Part shown: one piece after another, positions 1 to 10,107 of the stretch
Layout of the letters: each line of letters starts with the position of its first letter
Position numbering within the stretch: position 1 is the first letter of the stretch
Source: an uncultured Actinomycetota bacterium
Lineage (GTDB): Bacteria > Actinomycetota > Actinomycetes > JAHEKZ01
Direction of reading: 5' to 3'
DNA length: 64,000 bases
Assembly (NCBI GenBank): GCA_963743915.1
Contig: CAVURN010000002.1
Span: 128,001 to 192,000, forward strand
The notes under the pieces: generated by a model
The model's input: the letters and a program-made list of their open reading frames with translations, nothing else
Told to the model about the DNA's origin: nothing
Databases searched by the model: none
Program-made: the position numbers and the translations under genes

Positions 1-537
1 GGCGACCATCTGCCGCTCGCCGCCGGACAGGGAGCCGGCCGGCTGCTTGCGGCGATCGGCGAGCGCGGGGAAGAGCGAGGCGACGAACTCGAACCGCTCC
101 TTGAACTTCTGGGGTGCCTGGAACGCCCCCATCTGCAGGTTCTCCTCGATGGTCAGGCTCGGGAACACGTTGTTGGTCTGAGGGACGAACCCGATGCCCT
201 GGCTGACGAGCTGGTTCGGCTTGACGTTGGTGATGTCCTTGCCGCCGAGCGTCACCGCACCTGAACGGACGTTGACGAGGCCAAAGAGCGCCTTCAGCAG
301 GGTGGACTTACCGGCTCCGTTGGGGCCGATGATGCCGACGAGCTCCCCCTCCTTCGCGTAGAGGTCACAGCCGGTCAGGATGTCGACCCCAGGAAGGTAC
401 CCCGCGACGAGATTGTCGGCGACGACCAGCGCGCCCTCGGCCCCCGCCAGATGGGCTGTGCGGTCGATTGCCGGACGCGTGTGGTCGTGGTCCTGCAGCA
501 GTGCTTCCTCTGCGCGGTTGATGTCGCCCGCGGTCAT
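1..537 (-). CDS. livF: Branched-chain amino acid ABC transporter ATP-binding protein (LivF-like), partial, runs off the left edge
   Basis: Manual translation from ATG at 537: ...LVGIIGPNGAGKSTLLKALFG...FVPQTNNVFPSLTIEENLQMG...AGSLSGGERQMVA; directly follows livG. Confidence 0.85.
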   Translation of the reverse strand, partial: MTAGDINRAEEALLQDHDHTRPAIDRTAHLAGAEGALVVADNLVAGYLPGVDILTGCDLYAKEGELVGIIGPNGAGKSTLLKALFGLVNVRSGAVTLGGKDITNVKPNQLVSQGIGFVPQTNNVFPSLTIEENLQMGAFQAPQKFKERFEFVASLFPALADRRKQPAGSLSGGERQMVA

Positions 538-541
538 GTCA

Positions 542-1510
542 TCACTGGTCACGATGGTCCTCCGGACGTGCTGCCTCGGCCTCGAGGATCTCTGGTGCGT
601 CGATCCCCTCCTCCTCGGCGATCTCGGCAAGGGACTGGTCGTGGTGAGCCCCGAGGTATGCGTCGATGACCCGCTGGTCCGCCATGACCTCGAGCGGGGG
701 GCCCTCCGCGATCACCGCGCCCTGTGCCATCACGATGACCCAGTCGGAGATGTCGCGCACCATGTCCATGTCATGCTCGACGAACAGCACCGTCATGCCC
801 TGCTCGCGCAGATCCTTGACGTGGCCCAGCAAGGACTGCGTCAGCGCAGGGTTCACGCCCGCCATGGGCTCGTCCAACATGACCAGCTCGGGCTCGACCA
901 TCAGGGCCCGGGCCATCTCGAGCAGCTTGCGCTGTCCGCCCGACAGTGACCCGGCGAAGTCCTCACGCTTGGTGTCGAGCTTGAACCGGGCCAGCAGCTC
1001 GTCGGCTCGCTCGGTGATCTGCCGCTCCTGCTTGCGCCACAGCGTGGGGATGATGCTGGAGAGCAGCTTCTCCCCGCGCTGTGCCGTGGCGCCCAGGCGC
1101 ATGTTCTCGATGACCGTCATCTTCGAGAGCACCTTGGTCAGCTGGAAGGTCCGCACCATCCCCATGCGCGCCACCTTGTAGGGCGGGACGCCACTGAGGG
1201 AGGTGCCGTTGAACGACCAGGCGCCCTCATCGGGCTTGTCGAAGCCGGTCAGCAGGTTGAAGAAGGTCGTCTTGCCGGCACCGTTCGGCCCGATCAGAGC
1301 GGTGATGGCGTTGCGCTGGACCTCGATGTGATCGACGTTGACGGCCGTCAGCCCGCCGAACCGGCGCACGACGCCGTCGGCGATGAGCACGGGATCGGGT
1401 TTGGCAGCCCCGGGCTCGCGCGGGACGTCGGCGAGGGCCGCGGTCGCGGCGTCCTTGTAGGTCGTCGTCGTCACGGCAGCTCCGGGGGCAGGCGGGGTCT
1501 CAGCGGGCAT
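542..1510 (-). CDS. livG: Branched-chain amino acid ABC transporter ATP-binding protein (LivG-like)
   Basis: Walker A GPNGAGKT, MVRTFQ, LSGGQRKLLE, LDEP, VEHDMD, C-terminal VIDAYLG. Confidence 0.9.
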   Translation of the reverse strand: MPAETPPAPGAAVTTTTYKDAATAALADVPREPGAAKPDPVLIADGVVRRFGGLTAVNVDHIEVQRNAITALIGPNGAGKTTFFNLLTGFDKPDEGAWSFNGTSLSGVPPYKVARMGMVRTFQLTKVLSKMTVIENMRLGATAQRGEKLLSSIIPTLWRKQERQITERADELLARFKLDTKREDFAGSLSGGQRKLLEMARALMVEPELVMLDEPMAGVNPALTQSLLGHVKDLREQGMTVLFVEHDMDMVRDISDWVIVMAQGAVIAEGPPLEVMADQRVIDAYLGAHHDQSLAEIAEEEGIDAPEILEAEAARPEDHRDQ

Positions 1511-2489
1511 CGAGGGCGATCTCCCTCCGGTCTCCGAGGATTCCCTGCGGTCGGTAGATCATCAGCAGCATGAGTCCGACGCCGACGAGCACGAGACGGA
1601 CCTGCGCGGTCTCACTGCTGTCGAGGAAGGTGATGTAGTCGGCGCGGACGGCTTCCTTGAGCGCCTGGTCGACGAACTGGAAGAGGAAGGCGAAGATCAC
1701 GACGCCCAGGACAGGCCCCATGACCCGCGCCGCACCACCGAGGATCAGGATCGTGTAGATCGCGAAGGTGAGGGCGGTGGCGTAGGTGTCGGGCGACACG
1801 GCGTTGAAGAAGACCCCGAGGATGAACCCGCCGAAGCCGGCCACCACGGCGCCCAGGACCAGCGCCTGCATCTTGTACCAGTACACGTTCTTGCCGAGGC
1901 TTCGCACGGCGTCCTCGTCCTCGCGGATCCCCTTGAGCACCCGTCCCCACGGGCTGTGCACGAGCAGGTATGTGAAGACCGAGAACACGAGGATCAGCGT
2001 CCACCCCACGATCATCACCCACAGCTCCTGCTCGCTGAACAGGAACGGTCCCCAGTTCACCCTGGTCCCCTCGGGCACCGGGCTCAGCTCGTAGAACCGC
2101 TCGGCGAACTGCTGCAGTCCGTCCGAACCACCGAGGTCGTCCTTGAACTTCACCGAGCGGACGATGAGCCGTACCACTTCGGCCGCTGCGATCGTGACGA
2201 TCGCCAGGTAGTCCGCCCGTAGTCGCAGGGTGGGGATGCCCAGGAGCATCGCCAGGACGATGGTGGCCACCAGCCCCACGAACAGGCCCGCCCAGAAGGA
2301 GAGCCCGAAGGTCGTCACCGACACCGCGAGGCCGTAGCCTGCGGCGGCCAGGAAGGCGGCCTGGCCGAAGTTCAGCAGGCCGGTGTACCCGAACTGCATG
2401 TTCAGGCCGATGGCGGCCAGGCAGTACGCGACCGAGATGGCGCCGAGGGCGTAGGACACCGACGCGGTGAAGATGAAGTCCCAGTCCAT
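1500..2489 (-). CDS. livM: Branched-chain amino acid ABC transporter permease (LivM-like)
   Basis: GYTGLLNFGQAAF, LRLRADYLAIVT and SPWGRVLKGIREDE motifs; hydrophobic. Confidence 0.9.
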   Translation of the reverse strand: MDWDFIFTASVSYALGAISVAYCLAAIGLNMQFGYTGLLNFGQAAFLAAAGYGLAVSVTTFGLSFWAGLFVGLVATIVLAMLLGIPTLRLRADYLAIVTIAAAEVVRLIVRSVKFKDDLGGSDGLQQFAERFYELSPVPEGTRVNWGPFLFSEQELWVMIVGWTLILVFSVFTYLLVHSPWGRVLKGIREDEDAVRSLGKNVYWYKMQALVLGAVVAGFGGFILGVFFNAVSPDTYATALTFAIYTILILGGAARVMGPVLGVVIFAFLFQFVDQALKEAVRADYITFLDSSETAQVRLVLVGVGLMLLMIYRPQGILGDRREIALDAR

Positions 2490-2499
2490 CGTGGCCTCC

Positions 2500-3804
2500 T
2501 CAGCCGACCCGGCTCCGCCGGCCCAAGATCCCTTGAGGCCGGAAAAGGAGCACGAGGATGAGCACGAGCAACGCTCCGACGTTCTTCAGCTCCGGCGTCA
2601 TGCCGGGAATCAGGGTCGACAGGTTGATGAACAGTCCCACCACCAGGCTGCCGACGAGGGCGCCGAAAGCGGTTCCGAGGCCGCCGAGGGTCACCGCTGC
2701 GAAGATGAGCAGCAGGCTCTGCGCGCCCAGGAGCGGGAAGACTTGCTGGGTCATGCCTTGAAGGACACCGCCCAACCCGGCGAGGGCGGCGCCGACCACC
2801 CAGACCACCGTGATGACCCGCTCCACGTCGATCCCGCTGGACGCGGCCAGGGCCGGGTTGTCCGACACGGCGCGGGTCGCCTTTCCGATCCGGGTCTTGA
2901 GGAGGGCAAGCCCGGCGAGCGTGAGGACGACCGCCGCGATCACCATGGAGGCGATGTCCTTGGGGGTCAGGCTCACCGGACCGAACTCGAGGCCCGCCTG
3001 GGTCTGGAAGTCGGAGTAGGGACGGCTGGCACCGCCGAACATGATGAGGAAGACGTTCTGCAGGGCCAGGGCGAGACCGATCGACACGATCATCATCGCG
3101 ATGAGCCCGGTCTGGCGTCGGCGGAGCGGGTACCAGAGTCCCCTGTTGTTCACGTAGCCGAAGGCGCCGGAAAGGAGGATACCCAGCAGAGCGGCCGGGA
3201 TGAGATGGATGCCGACGGAGGCGTTGAGCCACCAGGTGACGATGGCGCCGAAGGTGACGATCTCGCCGTGCGCGAAGTTGGTGAGCCCCGTCGTCCCGTA
3301 GATCAGGGAGAGGCCCACCGCTGCCAGCGCGATGATCAGGCCGAACCGTAGGCCCTCGACCGTGAGCTGAGCCGCCTGGTCCCACTTGGTGGTGAGGTTG
3401 CGTTCACGCTCGCCGAGCGTGAAGAGCACCGTGCGCGGGGAGCCGGGGAAGGCCGTGACGTCGATCGGGTTCTTCGTCGGTTCGGCGACGCCGTCGGGCA
3501 ACGTGTCGACGTCGAGCTCGACCTGGTACTGGCCCTCGCCGGGCACCTCGACCATCCACTTGCCGGTGTCGTCGCTGGTGCCGGTGCCCGAGAAGCCCTC
3601 GGCGTCCGTGACCGTGACGTCGACGCCGGGCACGGGCGCACCGCTCAGGTCTCGGAGGAATCCCTGGATGATGCCGACCGGCTCGTCATCGGCGAGTGAG
3701 GCGTCGGTCGCGTACGCAGCTCCGGCGACGAAGGCGGCTCCGGACAGCATCCCGAGCACAGCGACCAGGAGGGCAACGGCACGGGTGACTGACCAGTGGA
3801 CCAC
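2500..3804 (-). CDS. livH: Branched-chain amino acid ABC transporter permease (LivH-like) with N-terminal extracytoplasmic beta-sandwich domain
   Basis: GLSLIYGTTGLTNFAHGE, GKATRAVSDNPALAASSGI, RPQGILG; GTG at 3804 follows GAGGGAGA RBS; start approximate. Confidence 0.85.
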   Translation of the reverse strand: MVHWSVTRAVALLVAVLGMLSGAAFVAGAAYATDASLADDEPVGIIQGFLRDLSGAPVPGVDVTVTDAEGFSGTGTSDDTGKWMVEVPGEGQYQVELDVDTLPDGVAEPTKNPIDVTAFPGSPRTVLFTLGERERNLTTKWDQAAQLTVEGLRFGLIIALAAVGLSLIYGTTGLTNFAHGEIVTFGAIVTWWLNASVGIHLIPAALLGILLSGAFGYVNNRGLWYPLRRRQTGLIAMMIVSIGLALALQNVFLIMFGGASRPYSDFQTQAGLEFGPVSLTPKDIASMVIAAVVLTLAGLALLKTRIGKATRAVSDNPALAASSGIDVERVITVVWVVGAALAGLGGVLQGMTQQVFPLLGAQSLLLIFAAVTLGGLGTAFGALVGSLVVGLFINLSTLIPGMTPELKNVGALLVLILVLLFRPQGILGRRSRVG

Positions 3805-3932
3805 GCTCAATCTCCCTCGTCCGAGTGAGCGACCGCGGGTCGCCGTCACTGACGACGTCCTGCCGGTCGTGCCGGAGCATAGCCGGGCCGGTAGGGAGCG
3901 GCCATGTGTTCGGGTCACGAATCGGGAAAGGT

Positions 3933-4673
3933 TCACATGGTGAGCAGGGCGGTGGCGACAGGTGCGATGACCAGGGCCGGAAGCAGGTCGCCGACCGGCA
4001 CCGCACGGAGGCGGAGCAGTCTGAGGCCGACCCCCAGCAGCAGCACGCCCCCGGTGGCGGTCATGGCTGCGGTGGCGGCGTCGCTCATCACTTCGCCCGC
4101 AAGCACGCCGAGCATGGTGAGACCACCTTGCACGACCAGGACGGTGAGGGCGGACGCCGTGACGCCCCAGCCCAGGGACGCGGCGAAGGCAAGGGCGGCG
4201 AAGCCGTCGAGCACCGCCTTGAGCGTGAGCAGCTCGATCCCGTCACCCATTCCGTCCTGGAGCGAGCCCAGGACGGTCAGCGGCCCGACGCAGAAGACCA
4301 GTGACGCGGTGACGTAGCCCTCGACGAAGCGACGCCGCGCCTCGCCGCCCGTCTCGCCACGCGTGAGCCGACGCTGCAGGACCGCACCCAGACCCTCCAG
4401 GCGCGCCTCGAGACGCAGCAGAGCGCCGATGACGCCACCGGCCACGACCGAGCCGAGCACGACGAGCAACGGAGCCCCCCGGCTGAGAGGGGTGGTCAGC
4501 GCCGAGTCGGTGAGAGCGACGACGTTGAGCCCGGCGATGACCAGCGTCACGAGCCCGAGCCCGTCGGTGACCACGTCCCGCACGCGTGGAGGCAGTCGGT
4601 CACCGACCAGAGCGCCTACCGAACCGCCGATCAGGACCGTCAGGACGTTCAGCAGAGTGCCGAGACCGGGCAC
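3933..4673 (-). CDS. DUF554 family membrane protein
   Basis: GLGTLLNVLTV N-terminus, FCVGPLTVLGSLQDG and KAVLDGFAALAFA motifs; GGAGGT RBS before GTG 4673. Confidence 0.85.
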   Translation of the reverse strand: MPGLGTLLNVLTVLIGGSVGALVGDRLPPRVRDVVTDGLGLVTLVIAGLNVVALTDSALTTPLSRGAPLLVVLGSVVAGGVIGALLRLEARLEGLGAVLQRRLTRGETGGEARRRFVEGYVTASLVFCVGPLTVLGSLQDGMGDGIELLTLKAVLDGFAALAFAASLGWGVTASALTVLVVQGGLTMLGVLAGEVMSDAATAAMTATGGVLLLGVGLRLLRLRAVPVGDLLPALVIAPVATALLTM

Positions 4674-4775
4674 CTGACCTCCCTGGGTGACCTCGAGGAG
4701 TGGGAACGTGCGCAGGTACGCTTCCCTAGGCCACGGGGGAGCGTAGCCGCCTGTCCGAGAGGAGCACCGGTACCC

Positions 4776-5318
4776 GTGGTGACGGTCCAGACCCGTGAGG
4801 CGTCCGACGCCGACGTCGCGGCCATCGTCGACCTCTGGGACGAGCTGCGCGTCCAGGCGGGACGCGTCGGCCCCTTCGGCCCTCCCGCGTCCGCAGTCGC
4901 CATCCGCGACCGTCTGCGCAGCCTGCAGGCAGACCCCGCCCATCGGGTCATCGTGGCCGATGTCGAAGGCGAGGTGGTCGGCCTGGCGGTCCTCAGCCGG
5001 CTCCCGGTGACTCCGATCAGCGACGTCGAATCGGTGCAGATCTCGTTCATGCACGTCCGCGACGACCGGCGGCGGCGGGGCGTGGGGCGCGCCATCGTGA
5101 GCGCCTCCGCGAAGTTCGCGGGAGAGGTCGGTGCGGACTACGTCACCGTGGGCGTCTTCCCCGGCGCACGCGAGAGCAACCGCTTCTTCGCCCGACTCGG
5201 CTTCAGTCCCCTGGTGATGCGGCGCGCCATCGCGACATCGGCGTTGCAGAAGCGCCTCTCCGGCGAGCTCGGGCGCACGGATCGACGTCGGCGGCTGCAG
5301 CCCCGACGCGTGCTCTGA
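4776..5318 (+). CDS. GNAT family N-acetyltransferase
   Basis: Acetyl-CoA motif A VRDDRRRRGVGRAI and NRFFARLGF. Confidence 0.8.
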   Translation: MVTVQTREASDADVAAIVDLWDELRVQAGRVGPFGPPASAVAIRDRLRSLQADPAHRVIVADVEGEVVGLAVLSRLPVTPISDVESVQISFMHVRDDRRRRGVGRAIVSASAKFAGEVGADYVTVGVFPGARESNRFFARLGFSPLVMRRAIATSALQKRLSGELGRTDRRRRLQPRRVL

Positions 5319-5332
5319 CCGGTCGCGGAGGC

Positions 5333-5734
5333 TCAGGCCTGGTCAGTGATGAGGCACGTCACCCGAGCTGTGCACGTCAAGCGGCCGCTCTCGTCGCGCA
5401 GCTCGACCTGCCAAGTCGCCACTCGGCGGCCGAGGTGCTGCGGGGTGGCCCGTCCGGTCACCGTTCCGGACGTCACGGCACGGTGATGCGTCGCGTTGAC
5501 CTCGATCCCCACCACGCCGTGCCCGCCTTCGGAATGCAGTTTTGCGGCGTGAAGTGCTGAGCCGATCGAGGCCAGGCTCTCGGCGAGCACCACGGAGGCG
5601 CCACCGTGCAGGGCTCCGAACGGCTGCTCGTTGCCCGCCACTGGCAGGCTGCCGACGACCGACTCACTGCTTGCTTCGCTCACGGTGATTCCGAGTCGCT
5701 CATGGATGGGGACGCGGGGGAGATCTGCTGTCAC
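5333..5734 (-). CDS. PaaI/hotdog-fold thioesterase
   Basis: NEQPFGALHGGASVVLAES and VGIEVNATHHR motifs. Confidence 0.88.
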   Translation of the reverse strand: MTADLPRVPIHERLGITVSEASSESVVGSLPVAGNEQPFGALHGGASVVLAESLASIGSALHAAKLHSEGGHGVVGIEVNATHHRAVTSGTVTGRATPQHLGRRVATWQVELRDESGRLTCTARVTCLITDQA

Positions 5735-5750
5735 AGGAGCACCCTACGAT
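5729..5750 (+). promoter_or_regulatory. Leaderless polA promoter, PafBC-like variant (TGTCAC-N10-TACGAT)
   Basis: TACGAT -10 at 5745-5750, 6 nt before ATG 5757; TGTCAC 10 nt upstream of it (partial match to TGTCGG). Confidence 0.5.
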
Positions 5751-5756
5751 CGCCTC

Positions 5757-8423
5757 ATGGCCCCCGCCCCGACGCTCCTGCTGCTCGACGGCCATTCCCT
5801 GGCGTACCGCGCCTTCTACGCGCTCCCGGTCGAGAACTTCTCCACCGCGACCGGGCAGCCGACGAACGCGGTCTACGGCTTCACGTCGATGCTCATCAAC
5901 GCGCTGCGCGACGAGCAGCCGTCGCACCTCGCCGTCGCGTTCGACGTGTCGCGGCAGACCTTCCGCACCACCGAGTACCCCGAGTACAAGGCGAACCGCA
6001 CCTCCACCCCCGATGAGTTCAAGGGCCAGGTCAGTCTCATCAAGGAGGTGCTCGCCGCACTGCAGATCCCGGTCCTGGAGGTCGACGGCTACGAGGCCGA
6101 CGACGTCATTGCCACCCTCACCACGGAGGCCGCAGACGAAGGCTTCGACGTCGCCATCATCACCGGTGACCGGGACACGTTTCAGCTCGTCGACGACCAC
6201 GTCACCGTGCTCTACCCCCGCAAGGGAGTCTCCGACCTCGCGCGCATGACGCCGGCAGCCGTCGAGGAGAAGTACGGGTTGACGCCACGCCAGTACCCGG
6301 ATTTCGCTGCACTCCGCGGTGACCCGAGCGACAACCTTCCGGGCATCCCTGGCGTGGGGGAGAAGACAGCGAGCAAATGGATCCGCGAGTTCGGCTCCTT
6401 CGACGCGCTGGTGGATAGGGCGGACGAGGTCAAAGGCAAGGTCGGTGAGTCGCTGCGCACCCACCTCGCGCAGGTCATCACCAACCGCCGGCTCACCGAG
6501 CTGGTGCGCGACGTGCCGCTCGACCTCACCCCGGACGCTCTGGAGCGCAAGGACTGGGACCGCGAACTGGTGCACCAGGTCTTCGACGCGCTCGAGTTCC
6601 GCGTCCTCCGGGATCGTCTGGCCCAGACGTTGCAGAACGTCGACGAACCGGTGGACGAGGCGCCCGCGCTCGAGGTCGACCTCCTCACAGCGGCGTCGCT
6701 GGGCGAGTGGCTCACCGCGCACGGACAAGGCCGCGTCGGCCTCACGGTGCACGGACGTTGGGGGGCAGGAGCCGGAGCTGTCGACTCTCTGGGGCTTGCG
6801 GCGTCCGACGGCGCGGTCGGTTCCCTGTCGGTCGACGATCTCGATGACGCCTCATTGCGGACCCTGGCTGACTGGCTGTCAGACCCGGGTCGCCGCACCG
6901 TGATGCACGACGCCAACGGCCCGATGCTCGCCCTGGCGTCACAGGGTCTGCCGATCGCCGTCCCGGCCTTCGACACGGCGCTGGCCGCCTACCTGATCCG
7001 GCCCGACCAACGCAGCTACGACCTGGCCGACCTCGCGGTCCGCTGGCTGCACCGTGAGCTCGTCCCGGCCGAGGGCGATGGGCAGCTCAGCCTCGACACC
7101 GGTGCGGGGGAGTCCGCTGCCCACGTCATCGGCGCCGAGGCGCGCGCCACGCTCGACCTCGCAGCTGCGATGGAGCCGGCCGTGGCGGAGATCGGCGCTG
7201 AGCGACTGCTCCACGACGTGGAGCTGCCCCTCACCGGGCTCCTCGTCGGAATGGAACGCGTCGGAATCGGTGTCGACACCGACGCGCTGGATGCACTGCG
7301 CGCCGAGTTCGCCGCCGAGGTGAAGCGAGCGGCCGAGGCCGCCTACGGCGTCATCGGGCACGAGGTGAACCTGGGGTCGCCGAAACAGCTGCAGGTGGTG
7401 CTGTTCGACGAGCTCGGAATGCCCAAGACGAAACGCACCAAGACGGGCTACACCACCGATGCGGAGGCGTTGACGGCTCTCTTCGCCCAGACCGAGCACC
7501 CGTTCCTGGCGCACCTGCTCCGGCACCGCGATGTGTCCAAGCTGCTCGTGACCGTCGAGGGGCTGCAGCGGTCGCTCGCCGCGGACGGCCGTATCCACAC
7601 CATGTTCATGCAGACAGTGGCGGCCACCGGACGACTCTCCTCGACCGACCCGAACCTGCAGAACATCCCGGTCCGTACCGAGGAGGGCCGGCGGATCCGC
7701 GACACGTTCTGCGTCGGCGAGGGCTACGAGGTCCTGATGACCGCCGACTACAGCCAGGTGGAGATGCGGATCATGGCGCATCTGTCCGAGGACGCAGGCC
7801 TGATCGAGGCGTTCAACTCCGGTGAAGACCTTCACACCACGATGGCGTCCCGCGTCTTCGAGGTGGCGCCTGACGAAGTCACGCCTGAGATGCGCAGTCG
7901 GATCAAGGCAATGTCGTACGGGTTGGCGTACGGGCTCTCCGCCTACGGGCTCAGCCAGCAGCTCGGCGTCGGCCCGGACGAGGCGCGCGCGTTGATGGAC
8001 GACTACTTCGCGCGCTTCGGCGGGGTCCGCGACTACCTCGCCTCCGTCGTCGACGACGCTCGTCGCACGGGGTACACCGAGACGTTGCTCGGTCGTCGTC
8101 GCTACCTGCCAGATCTGACGAGCGACAACCGCCAGCGCCGTGAGATGGCGGAGCGGATGGCGTTGAACGCTCCCATCCAGGGATCGGCCGCCGACGTGGT
8201 GAAGGTCGCCATGCTCGGCGTGGACCGACGCCTCCGCGAGGCAGGTCTGAGCTCGCGGCTGCTGCTGCAGGTGCACGACGAGCTGGTGCTCGAGATCGCA
8301 CCCGGCGAGCGCGAGCCGGTCGAGCAGCTCGTGTGCGCCGAAATGATGGGTGCCTATCCGCTGTCGGTCTCCCTCGACGTCTCGGTCGGAGTCGGCCGCA
8401 CCTGGCACGAGGCCGCTCACTAG
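5757..8423 (+). CDS. polA: DNA polymerase I
   Basis: LLLLDGHSLAYRAFY 5'-3' exonuclease start, TGRLSSTDPNLQNIP, ADYSQVEMR, LQVHDEL. Confidence 0.97.
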   Translation: MAPAPTLLLLDGHSLAYRAFYALPVENFSTATGQPTNAVYGFTSMLINALRDEQPSHLAVAFDVSRQTFRTTEYPEYKANRTSTPDEFKGQVSLIKEVLAALQIPVLEVDGYEADDVIATLTTEAADEGFDVAIITGDRDTFQLVDDHVTVLYPRKGVSDLARMTPAAVEEKYGLTPRQYPDFAALRGDPSDNLPGIPGVGEKTASKWIREFGSFDALVDRADEVKGKVGESLRTHLAQVITNRRLTELVRDVPLDLTPDALERKDWDRELVHQVFDALEFRVLRDRLAQTLQNVDEPVDEAPALEVDLLTAASLGEWLTAHGQGRVGLTVHGRWGAGAGAVDSLGLAASDGAVGSLSVDDLDDASLRTLADWLSDPGRRTVMHDANGPMLALASQGLPIAVPAFDTALAAYLIRPDQRSYDLADLAVRWLHRELVPAEGDGQLSLDTGAGESAAHVIGAEARATLDLAAAMEPAVAEIGAERLLHDVELPLTGLLVGMERVGIGVDTDALDALRAEFAAEVKRAAEAAYGVIGHEVNLGSPKQLQVVLFDELGMPKTKRTKTGYTTDAEALTALFAQTEHPFLAHLLRHRDVSKLLVTVEGLQRSLAADGRIHTMFMQTVAATGRLSSTDPNLQNIPVRTEEGRRIRDTFCVGEGYEVLMTADYSQVEMRIMAHLSEDAGLIEAFNSGEDLHTTMASRVFEVAPDEVTPEMRSRIKAMSYGLAYGLSAYGLSQQLGVGPDEARALMDDYFARFGGVRDYLASVVDDARRTGYTETLLGRRRYLPDLTSDNRQRREMAERMALNAPIQGSAADVVKVAMLGVDRRLREAGLSSRLLLQVHDELVLEIAPGEREPVEQLVCAEMMGAYPLSVSLDVSVGVGRTWHEAAH

Positions 8424-8703
8424 CGCCGGGTGCCGCTCGCGAAGCCACCGACGGTCAGAAGCGGATCACCGACAACGTCTTGTCGAAGCCGTCCAGCAGT
8501 GCGAGCAGCCCGGTCCTCCTGTGCGGGGACCGGCTCAGCGCAGCCAGGTCTGCTTGTGCCGAATGCGTCGGAGGCGAGGGGCGCCACCTCCGCGAACGGG
8601 AGCACGAAGCGGCTCGGCGTGTGGCCGATACGGAATCGAGGGGTGCGACGCGAGGTGGTGACCCTGCGACCGCGTAGGAGTGGCGGGCGATGCCCGTGCG
8701 GCG

Positions 8704-10005
8704 CTACGGGCCTGGACCGGCCCTTGCTGCTGGGACCGTGCTGGTGAGGGTCTGTCCCCCTGGGCCGTGGAAGGTGAGGGTGCCGTTGGCGCCACGAGCC
8801 GGGTGAGCGGCATCGATGGTCCAGCCGCCTTCGTGGACCTGCCGGTGGTGGTGGCGGCAGAGAAGCAGTCCGTTGGCCAGGTCGGACGCGCCGCCTCTCG
8901 CCCAGGGCACCAGGTGGTGGGCATCGGTGTGGGCTGGCGGTCGGCCACACCCGGGGAACCGGCAACGGGTGTCGCGGGCGGCAAGGGCTCGGCGTTGGGT
9001 GGGCGTGAACACGCGCACGGCGCGTCCGAGATCGAGCGGGATGCCGGCCGGGTCGAGCAGCAGTCGGCGGACGGTGGCGTCGCACGCGAGGCGGGTGGTG
9101 GCCTCGGGGGTGAGCCAGACCGGCGTGGGGGAGGTGCCTGAGATTCGGGCCGGCGCGGTCCCCTCCCCGGTCAGGGTGGGCAGGTCGACGGTGACCTGGA
9201 GTGCGGCCGCGGTGCCGGAGAGGAGGGGGAGGTCTTCGGAGCGGACGGCGACGGCGACGATGTCGGCGAGGCCGTCGGCGCGCCGCTGGTCGGTCGTGCG
9301 GGTGTCGTCCGGCCCGGCAGGCACCAGGTGAGGGGCAAGGGCCGTGGTCAGCCGGGCCGCGGTCTCGGAGTCCAGGACGCCGGTGATCGAGGCCATGCCG
9401 TCGAGCATCGGCGCGAGGCTGAGCCACCGGCGCCCGTAGTCCTCTTCGGCGTGCCGGGCTGATCCGTCGGGATCGACGACATGCCGCAGGTGGCGCCCGG
9501 CCGCCCGCAGGTCGTCGACGCCGAGCTGGGTGGACAGTCGGGTCAGGTGGGTGGCGGCGTCGTCGCGTACTGAGGGGGGCAGCGCCCGCACCGTTCGGTG
9601 CACGGTCCGCACGTGGTCGTAGGACGCAGGGTGAGCCGGGTCGGCCAGGGCCGTCAGGGCGGTGGCGAGCTCGGCGCGTCCGGCGCGGGCGATGCGGACC
9701 CGCTCGGACGCCTCGCCGCCGGCCAGGCCGAGCGCCCCGCGCAACCACGAGGCAGTGCCGGCGGCTCCATGCAGGGTCTGTCCGTCACCGTGGGTGTCGA
9801 AATCGGACAGCACGGTGGTGAAGGTGGCCTCCGCGACGTCAATGATCTGTCGTAGGCCGGCCAGCCAGGCCGCCCGCTCCTCAGGGGTTGTGGGTCCGCC
9901 TTCCGCCGTCGCCGAGGCGCGTTCCGCCAGGCTCCGGACGTCTGCCAGCGCGGCAGCGACCGCCGATGGCAGGACGGGAGTGGGCAGCAAGGCGGGACCT
10001 TCCAC
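8704..10005 (-). CDS. DUF222 (REP13E12-like) domain HNH endonuclease; true start may lie at 10115-10117
   Basis: C-terminal RDTRCRFPGC...DAHHLVPWARGGASDLANGLLLCRHHH HNH motif; QRRADGL and RLACDA..RR motifs typical of DUF222 proteins. Confidence 0.88.
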   Translation of the reverse strand: MEGPALLPTPVLPSAVAAALADVRSLAERASATAEGGPTTPEERAAWLAGLRQIIDVAEATFTTVLSDFDTHGDGQTLHGAAGTASWLRGALGLAGGEASERVRIARAGRAELATALTALADPAHPASYDHVRTVHRTVRALPPSVRDDAATHLTRLSTQLGVDDLRAAGRHLRHVVDPDGSARHAEEDYGRRWLSLAPMLDGMASITGVLDSETAARLTTALAPHLVPAGPDDTRTTDQRRADGLADIVAVAVRSEDLPLLSGTAAALQVTVDLPTLTGEGTAPARISGTSPTPVWLTPEATTRLACDATVRRLLLDPAGIPLDLGRAVRVFTPTQRRALAARDTRCRFPGCGRPPAHTDAHHLVPWARGGASDLANGLLLCRHHHRQVHEGGWTIDAAHPARGANGTLTFHGPGGQTLTSTVPAARAGPGP

Positions 10006-10107
10006 GACGACGGGATGTACTGCCCTGACCGGGGGACCGGTGCCGGGGTCGCGTCGTGGATGCTGCTCGGGTGTCTCCGTGAGTCAGTTCCGGCCTGTGC
10101 TCCGCGT

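Noticed and set aside
6700-7250. Degenerate 3'-5' exonuclease domain in PolA
   Set aside because: Normal for actinobacterial Pol I
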